In this document: piece by piece, positions 27,715 to 36,873 of the stretch
Numbering within the stretch: position 1 is the stretch's first letter
How the letters are laid out: each line of letters begins with the position of its first letter
Source of the DNA: Candidatus Chisholmbacteria bacterium RIFCSPHIGHO2_01_FULL_52_32
GTDB taxonomy: Bacteria > Patescibacteriota > Microgenomatia > UBA1400 > Chisholmbacteraceae
Reading direction: 5' to 3'
NCBI GenBank assembly: GCA_001816585.1
Contig: MHCJ01000001.1
Span: forward strand, 21,538 to 85,537
Length of the DNA: 64,000 nucleotides
Made by a program: the position numbers and the translations under genes
Notes under the pieces: generated by a model
The model's input: the letters and a program-made list of their open reading frames with translations, nothing else
What the model was told of the DNA's origin: nothing
Database searches by the model: none

Positions 27715-28245
27715 GTGATGGATCAAGAAACAGAGAAAAACGACCCCTCTTTTTGGGAGAAGCCGAAAGGAAAGACATCGACCAATCAGGGATATAAGAT
27801 TGACAACCGACGAATAGAAAGCCTTAAACAAGGGTTTCTTTTTGGTATTTCCGCAAGCGACCTCTTTATTCTTCTTGCCGCTCTCCTGGCGGTCATTGTC
27901 CTCCAGGTGGGCCCAAAAGCTTTTGAAGCACTCGAGACTTCGTCCCAAATAACGGAAAATGGGAATGAAGAGGGGGCGGGTTTTGCGGCGCCCACGCTCC
28001 CACCAGGAGCACCACAGGATCAAGCGACGGAAAGTGGAACCGGGAAAGTAACTTCGGAAAAGGTGGTGTGCAAAACCCCGCGTCCAGAGGTTTGTACGCA
28101 GGAATGTCTGACGGGTCCACCGTACATCTGTGGATCAGGCGGAAGAGCGCATTGCAGCCCTTGCCAAGCGTGTGCGGATCCGAATGTCGCCTGGTACGTA
28201 CTTCAATCTACTCCGTGCGGGGAAGCAGTGAACCCTTCGCTCTAA
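27715..28245 (+). CDS. Membrane-anchored protein with C-terminal Kazal-like Cys-rich domain
   Basis: TM helix, then CKTPRPEVCTQECLTGPPYICGSGGRAHCSPCQAC...PC. Confidence 0.65.
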   Translation: MMDQETEKNDPSFWEKPKGKTSTNQGYKIDNRRIESLKQGFLFGISASDLFILLAALLAVIVLQVGPKAFEALETSSQITENGNEEGAGFAAPTLPPGAPQDQATESGTGKVTSEKVVCKTPRPEVCTQECLTGPPYICGSGGRAHCSPCQACADPNVAWYVLQSTPCGEAVNPSL

Positions 28246-28247
28246 AT

Positions 28248-28348
28248 GGAGCCCCAGGGCAAGCCCGTGGTACCGTCTACAACGCCCCTCCGGGGCGACA
28301 TCCTGAGCGAAGAACCCACTGCTAAAGCGGTGGTCCGAGTCGAAGGAT
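28248..28348. repeat. Cluster of REP-like palindromes between convergent genes
   Basis: CCAGGGCAAGCCCGTGG, CGCCCCTCCGGGGCG and ATCCTGAGC...CCACTGCTAAAGCGGTGG...GTCGAAGGAT. Confidence 0.6.
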
Positions 28349-28372
28349 CGAAAACATAAACCACCCTGCCAG

Positions 28373-30592
28373 TCATGACCGCTGAATACGTTTTGGCCAG
28401 GCGGACGAAAGGAGAAGCTTGGATTTAAGGAGGCGCTTTCTTTGAGTGTCAGGAAGAGCCCGCGCCACCTCCTGATAGCAAGCTTCGCTGACGAAGGGAA
28501 CGAAAGGATGAAGGAGTTTTAAGAATATCACCAGTCCCTCAAGAAGTGCCCCAAAAGAGAGGCTGCCCTTTTTCTGCCGCTCGATGCAGTCGTCACAGAA
28601 CCAATGCCAAAATTCGTTATAGAGCCCCTCAGCCGCCCTCCCCAGTTGATAGGTCTCAAATTGTTGTGTTGTTTGCGAAATAAGCTGAGCCAAGTGGTCA
28701 AAATATGGTGTATCTTGGCCGGCCGCCTTGTACCGGATCGCCCCGTTTTCTGATTTCAGAGTAAGGAGAATGAAGCGAACCGCGTTCCAAATTTTGTTGG
28801 AAAAATTGCGATACCCGCGAATCCGATCATCCATCTGTGCCTTCGAGATAGACAGGTCGTTACCAGGATCCCTCCCGGCCAAGAGACCCATGCGCGTTGC
28901 ATCCGCGCCATACTTTTGAATCGTCTCCAGCGGATCAACTCCGTTCCCTTTGGATTTACTCATCTTTTGCCCCTTTTCGTCCCGTAGGACGCCATTGATA
29001 AGCGCGACCGTAAAGGGCACCTCACCGGAAAGATAGAGGCCAAACATGATCATCCGTGCTACCCATAAAAACAGGATCTCATAAGCGGTGTTCATGACCG
29101 AAGTCGGATAAAACAGCTCAAAATCACCCTTCTTGCTCGTCTTGAGTGTAGTAATCGGCCACTGACCGGAGGAAAACCAAGTGTCAAAGGTGTCTGGATC
29201 TTGCACAATATCCTTCCCGCCGCATCGAGGGCAGATGTCGGGCTTTCCGATGGAAACGATCGGGTCTTCCAGAGCATCGATCCTTGCCCGCGGGTCGCCC
29301 TCAAGGAGCAATCCAAACTCCGCCTTCGCAGCCGCAGTTTTTTGAGACTCCCGACAGTACCAGACTGGGAGTTGATGTCCCCACCAAATTTGCCTTGAGA
29401 TGGGCCAATCGCGCACATTCCGCATCCAGGAAAAGAACATCTTTGCAAACTTTTTGGGGATGATCGTTGTTTTTCCGTCCCTGACCGCTGAAACGGCAGC
29501 TTTGGTCAAGGAACCGACCTTCACGAACCACTGCCGCGAGACCAAAGGTTCAATTGTGGTTCCGCAGCGCTCACAACGAGCCACGGAATGCGTATAAGAA
29601 GAATCAACCTTTTCCACCATTCCACGCGCCTCCATATCTGCGACAACGCGTCTTCGTGCGTCTTGAGCCTTCATCCCTTGATAGGGGCCGGTCAGCTCGT
29701 TGAGCCTCCCGTCGAAGTCAATGACCGTTCGAACTTCAAGATGATGTCGTTGACCGATTTCCCAATCTACGGCATCGTGGCCAGGGGTAACCTTCACGAC
29801 ACCGGTCCCGAATTTTGGATCTACCGCCCGATCGGCAACGACCTGAAGGGTACGCGGTCCGAGCAGGGTTTCAAAGGTGAATTGCTTGTCGATGAATTTT
29901 TTGTAGCGCCGATCGTCGGGGTGCACGGCCAAAGCGGTATCCCCGAACTTCGTCTCTGGCCGTACCGTTGCCAAAGTAAACGGACCGTACTTAATATAAT
30001 AGAGTGGATCGGTCCGTTCTTCCCAGTCAAGCTCAAGCTCGGAGAGGGTGCTTCGGCATCGGGGGCACCAGTTGACAATCCGATACCCACGATAAACGAG
30101 ACCTTCATTGTACATCCGGATAAACGTTTCAAGCACAATCCGGGAAACCTGAGGATCCAAAGTGAACTTCTCCCTACTCCAATCACAACTGGCTCCCAGA
30201 GCCCGTAACTGTCCCTCCATGGTTGATTTATTTTGCATACAAAAGTCGAAGCAGGCTCGGTAGAAGGCCGCTCTCCCAAGCTCATAGCGAGTCTTTCCCG
30301 TATTCTTGAGTAAAGTTTTTTCAAAAGTCACTTGGGTTAAGATCCCCGCGTGATCCACACCGGGGAGCCACAAAGTAGCCTCTCCTTTCATTCGGTGGTA
30401 ACGGATGAGGGCATCAGAGACTGCCACAAAGGTGGCATGACCAAGGTGGAGCTCGCCATTCGCATTGGGAGGAGGCATGATGATGCAAAAAGGAGGCTTG
30501 GTTGAGTCCTTAGCCGGAGAGAAGGCCCCACTTTTCTCCCACAGGAGGTAGAGAGGCGCCTCATGGGTGGTATGGTTGTACCGCTTTTCCAT
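28373..30592 (-). CDS. valS: Valine--tRNA ligase (short, 739 aa)
   Basis: PPPNANGELHLGH, PGVDHAG, DWPISRQIWWGH, DTFDTWFSS, KMSKS. Confidence 0.97.
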   Translation of the reverse strand: MEKRYNHTTHEAPLYLLWEKSGAFSPAKDSTKPPFCIIMPPPNANGELHLGHATFVAVSDALIRYHRMKGEATLWLPGVDHAGILTQVTFEKTLLKNTGKTRYELGRAAFYRACFDFCMQNKSTMEGQLRALGASCDWSREKFTLDPQVSRIVLETFIRMYNEGLVYRGYRIVNWCPRCRSTLSELELDWEERTDPLYYIKYGPFTLATVRPETKFGDTALAVHPDDRRYKKFIDKQFTFETLLGPRTLQVVADRAVDPKFGTGVVKVTPGHDAVDWEIGQRHHLEVRTVIDFDGRLNELTGPYQGMKAQDARRRVVADMEARGMVEKVDSSYTHSVARCERCGTTIEPLVSRQWFVKVGSLTKAAVSAVRDGKTTIIPKKFAKMFFSWMRNVRDWPISRQIWWGHQLPVWYCRESQKTAAAKAEFGLLLEGDPRARIDALEDPIVSIGKPDICPRCGGKDIVQDPDTFDTWFSSGQWPITTLKTSKKGDFELFYPTSVMNTAYEILFLWVARMIMFGLYLSGEVPFTVALINGVLRDEKGQKMSKSKGNGVDPLETIQKYGADATRMGLLAGRDPGNDLSISKAQMDDRIRGYRNFSNKIWNAVRFILLTLKSENGAIRYKAAGQDTPYFDHLAQLISQTTQQFETYQLGRAAEGLYNEFWHWFCDDCIERQKKGSLSFGALLEGLVIFLKLLHPFVPFVSEACYQEVARALPDTQRKRLLKSKLLLSSAWPKRIQRS

Positions 30593-30691
30593 GTCTCATA
30601 TTATAGCGAAGAACAAGACAGAAAACCCGCTAGATAGAGAGTGTCATTATCTCGCCGAAGTTTCCAAGCTGAGGATACAGCACAGAAGAGA

Positions 30692-32488
30692 TCAGACTCC
30701 AGTCCCTCGTAAAAACACGCTTTGCCACGGCCGGTAGACAGAATAGAAAGTTTTCTCAAACAGAAGAGTTCCATCCCGCTCGACACGATAGTCGAATTTT
30801 ACCTTTGCTCCCCAGGCTTTCCAGTCAACCTGCTTAAGTGTTCCCAAAGGTAAGGTCGGATCGTCTTGGTAGAGGTCGGGGGGCGGGGGAGTCACATCCC
30901 ACATCCGGTAATTCGAGATGGTTGCCGTTCTTGCATCGGAGGATCCGTAGATCTCAATAACTAAAAGGTTGCTTGCGGTATTGACGCTGGTTTGTATCAA
31001 AAGGTGTCCGGGCGTGTCGTTCAGGAAGGTAAAGTCGGTGGTGGGAGAAAAGACAGTAGCATCGAACCCTGCTTTACTGTTTTGTTCGTAGTAGCCGACC
31101 CGGTAGCTGTGGGCCCGCCGCGCCACGACAGGGAGTCCGGCATCCAAGACCGCACGGAACAGGGTTGTGGACACCTGACATACCCCCCCTCCATCATCCA
31201 GGATGGTTTGGCCATCTTTGATGATGTAGGCTTGTCGAAAGCCGGTTGCCGAAGAAACATCACCAACCCACCGGTTGAAAGAAAAAGTCTCCGAAGGAGG
31301 AATTAAAATACCATTGATCCGTGAGGCTGCCAGGGAAATGTTGTACTTCCGATTGGCGATGGACCCATTGAAAGTGGACAATCCTTCTCCGAGCTTTTCC
31401 CGGATTCCGAGGCTATTCACGTCTGCGGTGGTAATCGCAGGCTTGCTGACAGTAACAGGCAGGACAACCGAAATCTCCTTCTCCTCGCTGGAATCCAAAC
31501 TTAAAAAGGCATTTTGGAGCTGTTCGGTGGTTTCTCCGACCGGCAGCGAAAATCCCGGTTTTTCTGGCGAGAATTCGACAACGCGTCCTCCATCGAACCG
31601 AAAGGTAGCATTGGTAGGCGGTCGATTGATGCTCGACGCTAAACTTGCCGAATAGGAAGCAATTTTTTCTCGGTTGAAACCGCCATCAAAGGAGAGGAAA
31701 TGAACGAGGTCCAAATCGGAAAGCTCCCAGGTTTTCACCGGAGCCTCACCAGCTTCTGCAAATGAAAGCACCGCACGTTTACCGAGCAACTTCTCTGCGC
31801 GGGCCATGGTAAGGTTGATATCAAAACCCAGAGAGGCAGGCTCCGGAAGGATAGGGATTGTTATCGGTGATTGGGACAGGGAGGAGAAGCGCTCAAGGAT
31901 TTCTCGGCGGAAAGAGGAAACATCGACGGATTGACCAGCTTCTCCTGGCTCAACCACAATGCGCGAACCGGTTGTTGGGTCCGCTCGATCGAGGACGATG
32001 ATGGAAGGGGGAATGACCGGGACATCAAGCGCCGAAGCCACAGCCGAAAGCGAGGCTTCAAGGGCCTGATCATCGAAAGCGTACGAAAGAGGCAGGTCAA
32101 CCCCACGCAGGGATGCACGAAGGAACTCGGGGATGGTCAAAAGGGTATTCCGCCGACCGAACCAGAAAGCAGAAGCCACTGTTTCAGGGATCCCATAGCG
32201 CAACTTGATGTCGGACGGCAAAAGCAGGAATGTGCGATCTGAAAAGAGACTAACGGAAGCCGTAAGGAATGATTGCGTGCGTTGTTCAAGAAGAAGTGAC
32301 GCCTCCGAACGAGAAAGGTTTCCCACGGGGATGCCGGCAATGGAGATACCCGGAAAGATGCTTCCTCGCAGGAAAACTCCAATTGCGGTAAAAAGGAAGA
32401 AGAAGACAAACAATGGGAATGCGAAAAGACCGATTACGCGCATACGGAGTGTTTTTCGAAAAGGGGACCAAAACTGCTTAGTCGTCAT
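30692..32488 (-). CDS. VanW family protein with peptidoglycan-binding repeats
   Basis: RKYNISLAASRING, FSFN, GGGVCQVSTTLFRA, RRAHSYRVGYY, DATV; N-terminal TM. Confidence 0.92.
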   Translation of the reverse strand: MTTKQFWSPFRKTLRMRVIGLFAFPLFVFFFLFTAIGVFLRGSIFPGISIAGIPVGNLSRSEASLLLEQRTQSFLTASVSLFSDRTFLLLPSDIKLRYGIPETVASAFWFGRRNTLLTIPEFLRASLRGVDLPLSYAFDDQALEASLSAVASALDVPVIPPSIIVLDRADPTTGSRIVVEPGEAGQSVDVSSFRREILERFSSLSQSPITIPILPEPASLGFDINLTMARAEKLLGKRAVLSFAEAGEAPVKTWELSDLDLVHFLSFDGGFNREKIASYSASLASSINRPPTNATFRFDGGRVVEFSPEKPGFSLPVGETTEQLQNAFLSLDSSEEKEISVVLPVTVSKPAITTADVNSLGIREKLGEGLSTFNGSIANRKYNISLAASRINGILIPPSETFSFNRWVGDVSSATGFRQAYIIKDGQTILDDGGGVCQVSTTLFRAVLDAGLPVVARRAHSYRVGYYEQNSKAGFDATVFSPTTDFTFLNDTPGHLLIQTSVNTASNLLVIEIYGSSDARTATISNYRMWDVTPPPPDLYQDDPTLPLGTLKQVDWKAWGAKVKFDYRVERDGTLLFEKTFYSVYRPWQSVFLRGTGV

Positions 32489-32567
32489 CTCGCTGAAATG
32501 ATAACATGCTTGCGCTGAAAGTTTACCAAGTGATATGATGAGTTCAATGTCGCAAAACTATGTCATA

Positions 32568-32602
32568 AACTTTGCACTTTTCACTTTAAACTTTTAACTG
32601 TT
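32568..32602 (+). repeat. Five 7-mer units (AACTTTG CACTTTT CACTTTA AACTTTT AACTGTT) ending 3 nt before ATG 32606
   Basis: Directly visible. Confidence 0.9.
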
Positions 32603-32605
32603 ATT

Positions 32606-34321
32606 ATGCCTGACCCGCAAGATAAAACACCCCCGCGCCTCACCCAGCCAAGCCTCACTGCACTTCCCAAAGAAGAACCTTCCCCGGGGAAGTTGGAAGA
32701 AACGATAGACAAACCCCAACCGGAACCGCGGACCCCGGAACCCCTCAAGAACTTCCCGCCCGAGGAAAGGCTGGGTAAATCGCAAGCCCCATGGGGAATG
32801 GGGGAGAGAAAAAAGGAAGAGGGAGAACCAACCCAACCCATAAAGGAGAATGCCAACCTGATGCCTCAAGAAACAAAGGTTGAGGTTGAAACGGGGGGGC
32901 CGATACAACCAATAGAAGCTCCCGCGCCTTACCAGCCTCCAGCAATTCAACCCATGGGGAATCTTGGAGATAGCTCTCCACCAACCGAAAGCCCAGAAGT
33001 AAAGCCTCCAAAGAGAGGAGAAGGGTTGAAAAAAATTCTGGTCCTACTCGCGGTGGCAATCCTCGCATTGGGGATGGGATTCTTGATAGTGGGTGTTCTC
33101 ATCCCAAGGCTTAAATCCCTGAAGGTGCCCGGCTTGCCAGGAAGAGAGGTGACCCTCAAATATTGGGGCCTGTGGGAAACCAGCGCAGCGATGGAGAGCC
33201 TGATAGCAGAATTCAACCAGGAACACCCCGAGATTAAAGTGGAATATGTCCAACAAAGCCACAAAGATTACAGAGAAAGGTTGCAATCTGCCATAGCCAG
33301 GGGTGAAGGCCCGGACATCTTCCGCTTTCACAGTACCTGGGTCCCGATGTTAAAGGACGACCTCGATGCGGTGCCTCCTGAAGCGTTTAACGCCGCCAGC
33401 TTTCAAGAGGTTTTCTATCCGGTGGTTGCAAAGGATCTTCGTCGTGGGGCAAACTTTGTTGGAATTCCCTTGGAAATCGACGGATTAGCCCTCTTCGTAA
33501 ACTCTCGCCTCCTCAAAGCAGCCGGGAAATCTCCTCCCACAACCTGGGAAGAACTAAGGCAAACCGCCTTTGATCTGACAATCAGGGATGCTTCGGGGCG
33601 TATCCAGACGGCCGGGGTTGCGCTTGGCACAACCAACAACATCGACCATTGGCCGGACATTTTGGCCCTCATGATGCTTCAGAATGGAGTCGATTTGACC
33701 GATCCCACAGACAAGCTTGCCGTAGATGCCCTCCTCTTCTACACCATCTACGCCAGATCGGATAAGGTCTGGGACGAATCGCAAGCAAATTCAACCCAAG
33801 CCTTTGCCTCGGAGAAAGTGGCGATGTATTTTGGACCATCGTGGAGGGTGCTCGACATGAAGGCGTTAAATCCGGAGTTGGAGTTCACCGTCCATCCCGT
33901 GCCACAGTTGCCCAATTCCAACATTACTTGGGCATCGTATTGGGTAGAAGGGGTCTCGGCAAAAAGCGAACAGAAAAATCAAGCCTGGGAATTTGTAAAG
34001 TTTCTCTCATCAAAGGAAACCTTGGAAAAGCTCTATGCCCAAGCGACAAAAGAGCGACCGATTGGGGAACCATACGCACGTACGGATATGAAGGATCTTC
34101 TCAAGGATGATCCCTACGTGGGAGCCTACATTCTTCAGGCGCCTGCCGCGAGGTCCTGGTATCTTTCTTCAGCCACACACGACAATGGGATAAACGACAG
34201 GATTATCAAGTACATGGAGGATGCGGTCAACGCGGTCAACGAAAAAGCCGACCCACAGCGCTCTCTCGATACTGCCTCCCAGGGCATTTCCCAAATTCTC
34301 TCCCAGTACGGGGTAAAATAG
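32606..34321 (+). CDS. Sugar-type extracellular solute-binding protein with Pro/Glu-rich N-terminal extension and TM anchor
   Basis: LKYWG, FNQEHPEIKVEY, GEGPDIF, PPTTWEEL, FASEKVAMYF, AWEFVKFL. Confidence 0.88.
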   Translation: MPDPQDKTPPRLTQPSLTALPKEEPSPGKLEETIDKPQPEPRTPEPLKNFPPEERLGKSQAPWGMGERKKEEGEPTQPIKENANLMPQETKVEVETGGPIQPIEAPAPYQPPAIQPMGNLGDSSPPTESPEVKPPKRGEGLKKILVLLAVAILALGMGFLIVGVLIPRLKSLKVPGLPGREVTLKYWGLWETSAAMESLIAEFNQEHPEIKVEYVQQSHKDYRERLQSAIARGEGPDIFRFHSTWVPMLKDDLDAVPPEAFNAASFQEVFYPVVAKDLRRGANFVGIPLEIDGLALFVNSRLLKAAGKSPPTTWEELRQTAFDLTIRDASGRIQTAGVALGTTNNIDHWPDILALMMLQNGVDLTDPTDKLAVDALLFYTIYARSDKVWDESQANSTQAFASEKVAMYFGPSWRVLDMKALNPELEFTVHPVPQLPNSNITWASYWVEGVSAKSEQKNQAWEFVKFLSSKETLEKLYAQATKERPIGEPYARTDMKDLLKDDPYVGAYILQAPAARSWYLSSATHDNGINDRIIKYMEDAVNAVNEKADPQRSLDTASQGISQILSQYGVK

Positions 34322-34396
34322 CTTCGGGGAACCTCAAGCCATAGAAGCCAACACTTGCTTGTCTGAAGCTTTGTAATCGGACCAGATCACGGCCGA

Positions 34397-35215
34397 TCAC
34401 CGACGACGGATCTTGGTAAGAAGTTGATCCCAGGGAGAATCCTCAATCTCAGAAGGCCAGTGCACCTTAGCAGTTGAGAAACCTGCAAACGCTGGCACGT
34501 TATCTCCCCGATGAACAATGACAGGAACGTCAACCTCAGCCATGGATATTGGGAGGTGATCAGGATTACAGGCATTGAAATACATCAGCCGGTAACGCGG
34601 CGATCCATCCGAGTTCGCCCGAGAGCTGATCTCCGGTATCAGTCGGTTGATATCAGAGGAAACTCCTTCACCGATGACATGGAGCTCTACTCTTCTAGTC
34701 TGGGGATTCCTGAAGGTTGCGCCATGAGCCAGGATGACTGCGATCAATCCTCCCTCGCGCGCTGTGTTAAGTAGAACCGAGAGAGCATCCCCGCCTTCCG
34801 AATCAACCCGCGCCGCGCTCTGCAGACGGAAGATTTCCTGACGGAGCGACAGTTCCACGATGTACCGGGGGACGGATCCTGTTCGCAGGATATCTGCTTT
34901 CTCCCTCTCGACGGATTCGGCACCTGCAATCTCCCGAGTTTGTCCTCCTCCAACCATCGCCTCAGGTGATGTATAGACGTCAAACACGATCACTGTATCA
35001 AGAAGTGTGGTACGTAGATTTTCTGCCCTGAAAAAGAGTCGGGAAGCGACATCAGCTGAACTGAAATCTGGAAAGGACAATCTGACCGGCTCATGCAAGT
35101 TTTCGACTTCTCTGATTCCCGTGAGGCTGAAATCAGCGAAGGCATCAGTGGGTGGCGCGAGTAAGCGGAGCCGGTCAGCCCTTGTGAATCCACTGGCATC
35201 TGGTCGTTCCCTCAT
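34397..35215 (-). CDS. Hypothetical protein with possible clan CD (caspase-like) His-Cys dyad
   Basis: IAVILAHG ... LMYFNACN; TGATAGAAT lies 6 nt before the ATG. Confidence 0.55.
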   Translation of the reverse strand: MRERPDASGFTRADRLRLLAPPTDAFADFSLTGIREVENLHEPVRLSFPDFSSADVASRLFFRAENLRTTLLDTVIVFDVYTSPEAMVGGGQTREIAGAESVEREKADILRTGSVPRYIVELSLRQEIFRLQSAARVDSEGGDALSVLLNTAREGGLIAVILAHGATFRNPQTRRVELHVIGEGVSSDINRLIPEISSRANSDGSPRYRLMYFNACNPDHLPISMAEVDVPVIVHRGDNVPAFAGFSTAKVHWPSEIEDSPWDQLLTKIRRR

Positions 35216-35327
35216 GAGCGTATTCTATCATTCTTGTCGAGTATTCCATGGCTTTCTTCCATTTCGGGAACGGAAACCAACGTGCTTGCCCGCAGGGACA
35301 TCAAAGCGCTAAGATAGGCTGCAAACC

Positions 35328-36803
35328 ATGGCCAAAGACACAGACCTTCAGGACGCCATCCTTAAGACCCTCTGCTACGCGAATGTCTTCGATTACCCGC
35401 TGACCCTTGAGGAAATCACGCGCTGGATCATCGGACCGGTAGACGAGAGAAGGGTAAACGGAAGAGCAATCAACCATGCCCTAAAAAGAATAAGTCCCAA
35501 AATCAAACAGGCGAAGGGATACTATTATCTGAAAGGAAACGGCCGAACTGTTTCCCTAAGGAAGAAGAGAGAGCGGTATGCGAAGGAAAAGAGGGCAATT
35601 GCGACCAATGTAGGGAAATGGCTAAGCTACATTCCCTCTGTTCGGATGGTTTTGCTGACCGGAGCCTTAGCGATGGAGAATGCGGATAGGAACGACGACA
35701 TCGACCTTATGATCGTAACGAGGAGCAAACGCCTTTGGCTGACACGGCTTTTGGTTCTCGCCCTGGTTTCCCTGATCGCCGAAAGAAGGAAACCGACAAA
35801 CAGAACAAAAACTCAAACACAGGGGTTGAGAATGGAATTGTCATCTCTGAAGGATAAGGTCAAGAACAAAATCTGCCTGAACCTCTTCCTCGACGAAGAT
35901 GCCCTTGCTGTGCCGCCCGCAATGCGCAATCTCTACACGGCCCATGAGGTTGTGCAGGCAAAGGCGTTGGTGAGTAAAGACCACATCGCCGAGCGATTTC
36001 TGAAACAAAACACTTGGGTCAAACGCTATCTTCCGAAGGCGCTTGACGGTGAAGGCAGAGTCGGGAGGATCAAGCACGGGGGAAGGAAAAAAAGGGAAAC
36101 AGCGATGACGGCAGCTGGAGACATCCTCGAAGATATGGCATACAAAGTCCAGACAAAAGTCATGGAATCAAAGAGAACAACTGAAAAGATTGAGCCAAAC
36201 CGCGCCTTCTTCCACCCCCGGAACACCTCTGCCCTAGTCCTTGGGGAATATCGGAGACTGCTGAAGCGATATACCGCAGGGGAAAGAAAAGGGGAAGGGA
36301 ATGTGACAACAACAGTTTCAGAGGAAGAGTTGTCGGTACTTCGCTCAACCAAACTCAAAGGGAAAACCGTAGTCCTTGCAACCGGCGTCTTTGATATCCT
36401 CCATGCGGAACACCGGCAGTTCCTAAGGAAAGCGAAGAAAGAGGGAGATGTCCTCATCGTTGGCGTGGAGCCGGATGATCGTGTCAAGGCGCTCAAAGGA
36501 AAAGACCGGCCGGTGAAACAGGAAAACCTCCGCGCTAATTCGCTTGTTTCCCGAAACCTCGCCGATTACGTATTTGTCCTCCCGAACACGCTGGGGACAA
36601 GGAAGGGAAGGGAAGAGTTAATAAGGAGGCTGAAACCACAGATCTACGCCATCAGTTCCAGCACGCCGTTTCAAGCCGAAAAACAACGGGTGATGAAAAA
36701 ATTCAAGGGTGTGCTGAAGGTTGTTCATCCCTTCAATCCGAAGATTTCAACGACGCACCTCATTGAAGCCGCAACCAAAGGCGGGAAGAGATCCAAGCGG
36801 TAA
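35328..36803 (+). CDS. Fusion of a Pol-beta-type nucleotidyltransferase domain and a cytidylyltransferase-like (RfaE/FAD synthase type) domain
   Basis: FDYPLT, LTGALAM...DDIDLMIV, KICLNLF; C-terminal ATGVFDILHAEH, LIVGVEPD, KGKDRP, ISTT. Confidence 0.8.
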   Translation: MAKDTDLQDAILKTLCYANVFDYPLTLEEITRWIIGPVDERRVNGRAINHALKRISPKIKQAKGYYYLKGNGRTVSLRKKRERYAKEKRAIATNVGKWLSYIPSVRMVLLTGALAMENADRNDDIDLMIVTRSKRLWLTRLLVLALVSLIAERRKPTNRTKTQTQGLRMELSSLKDKVKNKICLNLFLDEDALAVPPAMRNLYTAHEVVQAKALVSKDHIAERFLKQNTWVKRYLPKALDGEGRVGRIKHGGRKKRETAMTAAGDILEDMAYKVQTKVMESKRTTEKIEPNRAFFHPRNTSALVLGEYRRLLKRYTAGERKGEGNVTTTVSEEELSVLRSTKLKGKTVVLATGVFDILHAEHRQFLRKAKKEGDVLIVGVEPDDRVKALKGKDRPVKQENLRANSLVSRNLADYVFVLPNTLGTRKGREELIRRLKPQIYAISSSTPFQAEKQRVMKKFKGVLKVVHPFNPKISTTHLIEAATKGGKRSKR

Positions 36804-36873
36804 AACCACCGTGAATCCGGGATGCAAAACCAGGATTCGCGTCGGACTCGATAAGGATATAATGGGGTAAGGT

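Noticed and set aside
30593..30691. T-box leader for valS
   Set aside because: TATAAT lies 7 nt from the ATG, leaving no room for a leader, and no T-box motif is seen.
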